In this document: one piece after another, positions 46,422-50,314 of the stretch
How positions within the stretch are numbered: the first letter of the stretch is position 1
Layout: each line of letters starts with the position of its first letter
Source: Mustelus asterias
Taxonomy: Eukaryota
Reading direction: 5' to 3'
NCBI RefSeq assembly: GCF_964213995.1
Contig: NW_027591086.1
Coordinates: 62,001-112,314, forward strand
Length of the DNA: 50,314 bases
Notes under the pieces: model-generated
The model's database searches: none
What the model was told of the DNA's origin: nothing
The model's input: the letters and a program-made list of their open reading frames with translations, nothing else
Program-made: the position numbers and the translations under genes

Positions 46422-46722
46422 GGACCTGGGTTCGATTCCCGGCTTGGGTCACTGTCTGTGTAGAGTTTGCACATTCTCCTCGTGTCTGCGTGGGTTTCCT
46501 CTGGGTGCTCCGGTTTCCTCCCACAGTCCAAAGATGTGCGGGTTAGGTTGATTGGCCATGCTAAAATTGCCCCTTAGTGTCCTGGGATGTGTAGATTAGA
46601 GGGATTAGCGGGTAAAATATGTAGGAATCTGGGGGTAGGGCCTGGGTGGGATTGTGGTCGGTGCAGACTAGATGGGCCGAATGGCCTCTTTCTGTATTGT
46701 ACGGTTTCTATGATTTCTATGA
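46422..46722 (+). mobile_element. HE1-like V-SINE with CR1-derived tail
   Basis: ggacctgggttcgattcccggcttgggtcactgtctgtg ... gatgggccgaatggcctctttctgtattgtacggtttctatgatttctatg. Confidence 0.9.
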
Positions 46723-46956
46723 GAAAGGCATCGAAAACGAAAAAAAAAAGGTGTTGCAGTATCTCAGATCGATATTGCAAATGTAAGTTCCGACCATTAA
46801 CTAATGTAATTGCAACTGGACCACACCAGTTGCTGTTTTTGAGTGTTGTCTTTTGTTGCAATGTTAAGAATCTCTGTCACTCTCTCTGTGGAAACTGAAT
46901 TACCCGCGTGTGTGCGCGCGCACCCTGCTGGGCACTAACTGGAACTGCCAGTGTGG

Positions 46957-46996
46957 GGTTTTTGCACGGCAATCGCTATATCTCTGCAGCAGTGTG
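46957..46996 (-). other. RSS of V10 (24-nt spacer)
   Basis: Minus: cacactg + 24 nt + gcaaaaacc. Confidence 0.9.
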
Positions 46997-47494
46997 GGCT
47001 CCATGGCACAGAAGTACACGGCGCTGTCAGAGATCAGTGTGTTACTGATCGTCAGCTCGCTAGTCTTGTTCTTTTTATCAAATTTGGAAGAAAACCGATC
47101 ATTGAGGTCGGGATTCTTTTGCACAATCTCTCCAATAAGCTGAAACATGTACACTGGAGCTTTCCCGGGCTGCTGACTGTACCAGTACACATAAGGGCTG
47201 GAATCGCTTGTTTTCAAAGTGCAGGTTAGTGTGACATCATTTTCCTCTTTAACCTTTATTACAGGATCCAATTGTTCCACTTCGTCTTGGTGACTCCATT
47301 CTAACAGAAACAACAGCAATATGACAATCAGAGTTAGCGTCAGATTAAACGATACAATTATCATCATCACTATTGTTTTATCAACAAGAATATCTGGGTT
47401 ACAGCAGTCAGGAGGAGCTTGTAGTTTTACTGGGAAGAAAATACTTACTGAGAAGTGAGAGAATGATGAGGATCGGAGTGAGATAGTTCACCAT
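46997..47494 (-). CDS. TRAV/DV: TCR alpha/delta V segment V10, paralogue of V8 (leader 47494-47449, V exon 47300-46997), open
   Basis: MVNYLTPILIILSLL-a|gtaagt; gttag| KWSHQDEVEQ..LTCTLKTSDSSPYVYWYSQQPGKAP..DSAVYFCAME. Confidence 0.93.
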
Positions 47495-48510
47495 GATGCT
47501 TCCTGAGTCTGTAACTCTGCAATGAGTGAAATCCTGTCAGAGACAGAAAGACACTGTTCCACTGCACTGCTGATCCAACCAATGAGAGGAATGGAGCAGC
47601 GGCAGCAATCCGTCCAATCACACAACAGGTTCAGAGTGAGAGCAGAAAACGGAAGTCGCGGGCGGGGATGCAGTAGACAAAATATTGAGTGAAGTGTGCG
47701 GCAGATTCAGCTGCACCCGGAACGGAAATAGCGAGACTTCCATCTCCGGAATCTGTCACCATTCTGCACCTGCTCACTGTCCAAGTGACTGAGAAGAAAT
47801 AGAGAGGGAGGAGCATAACGGGGCCAGGGACATGAACAAAATAGAAACATAGCGTATCAATGCAGGAGATGAGGCCACTCGGCCCATGGTATCTTTGCCT
47901 GACAGAATTCAGAATTGACGTGGAGAATTCAGAATTACAGAATTCTTCAATTCAGCTTTCAAACCCCGCATCTCTCACAGTGACTGCACTTTTCTGCTTT
48001 CAACTTATCTCCCATTCCCTTCTGAAACTTACTGTTATCTCTTCTTCCGCCATCTCTTTCGACACCGCAGGGATAGGGCCTAGATAAGAGTCGGTGCAGT
48101 CTTGATGGGCCGAATGGCCTCCTTTTGCACTGTCGGGATCCGATGACCATCTTCCAAGTTTAACAAATCGCAGAGTAATCAATGAATCTCATCTTTCCAT
48201 TGCACTCTCACCTCCTAAAGTAGACGCTTGTCTTTTCCAAAGTTCTGCCGGCGGAAACTGTGACATGCGATTTACTTTAACAAAACCACATGATGTTGAG
48301 CACCTCAGCTCGGTCTCTGTTCTACCTCCTTTGATATTAAGAGATGAACTCCTGTGTCACAGTGGATCGCGTCTGTGCCCCTGAGGCAGAAACATCGGCT
48401 TCAATTCGAAAGCCAGTACCTGATAGCTGAGGGTATTTATTGGAGCCTCAGCCATTACTATCCACAACTCCAGACAATAACATGGAAAAAAAGTGAACAG
48501 AGAACATAAG

Positions 48511-48702
48511 AAGATGTGCGGGTTAGGTTGATTGGCCAGGTTAAAATTGCCCCTTAGTGTCCCGGGATGCGTAGATTAGAGGGATTAGCGGGCAAAATAT
48601 GTAGGGATATGGGGGTAGGGCCTGGGTGGGATTGTGGTCAGTGCAGACTCGATGGGCCGAATGGCCTCTTTCTGTGCTGTAGAGTTTCTAAGATTTCTAA
48701 GA
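48511..48702 (+). mobile_element. V-SINE 3' half
   Basis: Near-identical to 46531-46722. Confidence 0.85.
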
Positions 48703-48884
48703 TAAGCATAGTTATTTATTTAATTCTCTTATTGCATCCACATATTTGTAAAGTATTTGTTTCATTCCCTTATTATCCTTGTTTCAAGAATCATTTAACT
48801 CTTTGTTTGTAGTGTCTTATGTATTCTGTCAAAAACATTGTAAATTGGTTAATAATTTTCCCCTTCAGCCGTATTTCAGATAAG

Positions 48885-49255
48885 CACTGGAGTTGGGACG
48901 TCTTGTTGAAGTTGGACAAGACATTGGTAAGGTCACACTTGGAATTCTGTGTACAGTTCTGGTCACCCTATTATAGAAAGGATATTATTAAATTAGAAGG
49001 GCTGCAGAAAAGATTTACGAGGATGCGACCGGGACTTGATTGTTTGAGTTATAAGGAGAGGCTGGATAGACTGGGACTTTTTTCTCTGGAGCGTAGGAGG
49101 CTGAGGGGTGATGTTATAGAGGTCGATAAAATAATGAGGGGCACAGATCAGCTGGATAGTCAATATATTTTCCCAAAGATAAGGAAGTCTAAAAGCAGAG
49201 GGCATAGGTTTAAGGTGAGAGGGGAGAGATACAAAAGTTCCAGAGGGGCAATTTA
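48885..49255 (+). mobile_element. CR1-family LINE fragment
   Basis: SWDVLLKLDKTLVRSHLEFCVQFWSPYYRKDIIKLE...RGHRFKVRGERYK. Confidence 0.88.
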
Positions 49256-49259
49256 TAAT

Positions 49260-49353
49260 TACTGGAGGATCTTGTTGCAGGATTACGGTGCTGTATTTTT
49301 CTTATTCCTAAGAAAAATACAGCAGTGTATTCCTGCAACAAGATCCTCCAGTA
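49260..49353. repeat. Fold-back inverted repeat, 44-bp arms, 6-nt loop
   Basis: tactggaggatcttgttgcaggattacggtgctgtatttttctt / aagaaaaatacagcagtgtattcctgcaacaagatcctccagta, 3 mismatches. Confidence 0.92.
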
Positions 49354-49399
49354 GTCTGAGAATTCACTGATCTCCCAAGCAGAGGCCATTTACCTCAGA

Positions 49400-49418
49400 T
49401 CACCACCAGAGGGAGCGC
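49400..49418 (+). promoter_or_regulatory. CTCF-binding motif
   Basis: tcaccaccagagggagcgc; paralogue of 21445. Confidence 0.55.
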
Positions 49419-49489
49419 CCTCACCGTGTTTGTGTGATCACGGTATCAGGAGTGGGTTCCATGACACATTGATACAGGGAAACATAAAC

Positions 49490-49990
49490 CAGGAGAACTG
49501 GGTTAATTGTTGGATTACACAGTGATATGTCACAGAGCAGTAATCCAGGGGAACTGGATTCATTGTTGGATTACACAGTGATATGTTACAGAGCAGTAAT
49601 CCAGGGGAACTGGATTAATTGTTAGATTACACAGTGATATGTTACAGAGCAGTAATCCAGGGGAACTGGATTAATTGTTAGATTACACAGTGATATGTTA
49701 CAGAGCAGTAATCCAGGGGAACTGGATTAATTGTTAGATTACACAGTGATATGTTACAGAGCAGTAATCCAGGAGAACTGGATTAATTGTTAGATTACAC
49801 AGTGATATGTTACAGAGCAGTAATCCAGGAGAACTGGATTAATTGTTAGATTACACAGTGATATGTTACAGAGCAGTAATCCAGGGGAACTGGATTAATT
49901 GTTAGATTACACAGTGAAATGTCACAGAGCAGTAATCCAGGGGAACTGGATTAATTGTTAGATTACACAGTGATATGTCACAGAGCAGGT
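49490..49990. repeat. 56-bp minisatellite, 9 copies
   Basis: Unit ttaattgttagattacacagtgatatgttacagagcagtaatccaggggaactgga. Confidence 0.95.
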
Positions 49991-49994
49991 ATGG

Positions 49995-50314
49995 ATTTTA
50001 AGTTTGCTGACGACACAACGATAGATTGGAAAATAAATGGTGATGAGGATGTAAGGGGACGATGAAGGGACATAAGTAGTTCAGTGAATTGGCAAAGCTT
50101 CGCCAAATTGTGTTTAATGTGGGCGGATGTGAAAATGTACATTTTGGCCTGATGAATATAAAATACACTTAATAACTAAATGGTGCGAGATCACAACATT
50201 CTGAGGGACAGAGGGATTGGGCCGTCCTTGGGCATGAATCAAAAGGGGCTAATATACAGGTACAGCAATTAATTAGAAATGTCATAAAATGTTACCATTT
50301 ATGACGAGGGAATG
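49995..50314 (+). mobile_element. Old CR1 fragment, paralogous to 21765-22085
   Basis: aagtttgctgacgacacaacgatag (KFADDT); colinear with the 21.8-22.1 kb copy. Confidence 0.75.

Noticed and set aside
22705-47494. NARTCR, VNAR, TAILV or IgH V segments; D, J or C segments
   Set aside because: All Vs have their own leaders and TCR-type frameworks; no CDR1 cysteine, no WVRQ/Ig motifs, no D with paired RSS, no FGxG J with 12-RSS, no C1 exon seen

Overview
Vertebrate genomic DNA, almost certainly from a shark or other cartilaginous fish, judged by its HE1-type V-SINEs, CR1-family LINE fragments, a DeuSINE and Penelope-like elements. The first ~20 kb is repeat-dominated (nested CR1/Rex1 LINEs, SINEs, microsatellites, a 52-bp minisatellite, two N gaps), and I could not recognise a protein-coding gene there. 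It ends in a CTCF motif plus a CpG island with triplicated RFX/YY1-like motifs (~19.98-20.45 kb). From ~22.7 kb on, the window is a T-cell receptor alpha/delta variable-gene array. It holds ten open-reading-frame V segments (five on each strand), each with a split leader, a phase-1 intron, the Cys-Trp-YxC framework and a long-spacer RSS, plus several decayed V relics. I found no D, J or C segments, no VNAR/NARTCR domain and no IgH-like V. Notable points: CTCF motifs 22 bp behind the RSS of one V lineage; RSS spacers of 22 and 24 bp; an intact V with a broken heptamer; a V with an almost absent CDR2; head-to-head V pairs around CRE/CCAAT promoters; a six-CRE array; an inverted duplication of a two-V cassette; a pair of decayed tRNA genes; minimal hammerhead ribozymes in Penelope pLTRs; and a minisatellite with nine perfect RSS heptamers next to a CTCF motif. 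V1-V10 are my own labels in coordinate order. Repeat boundaries are approximate and were read by eye. Family assignments come from recognised motifs, not database searches.
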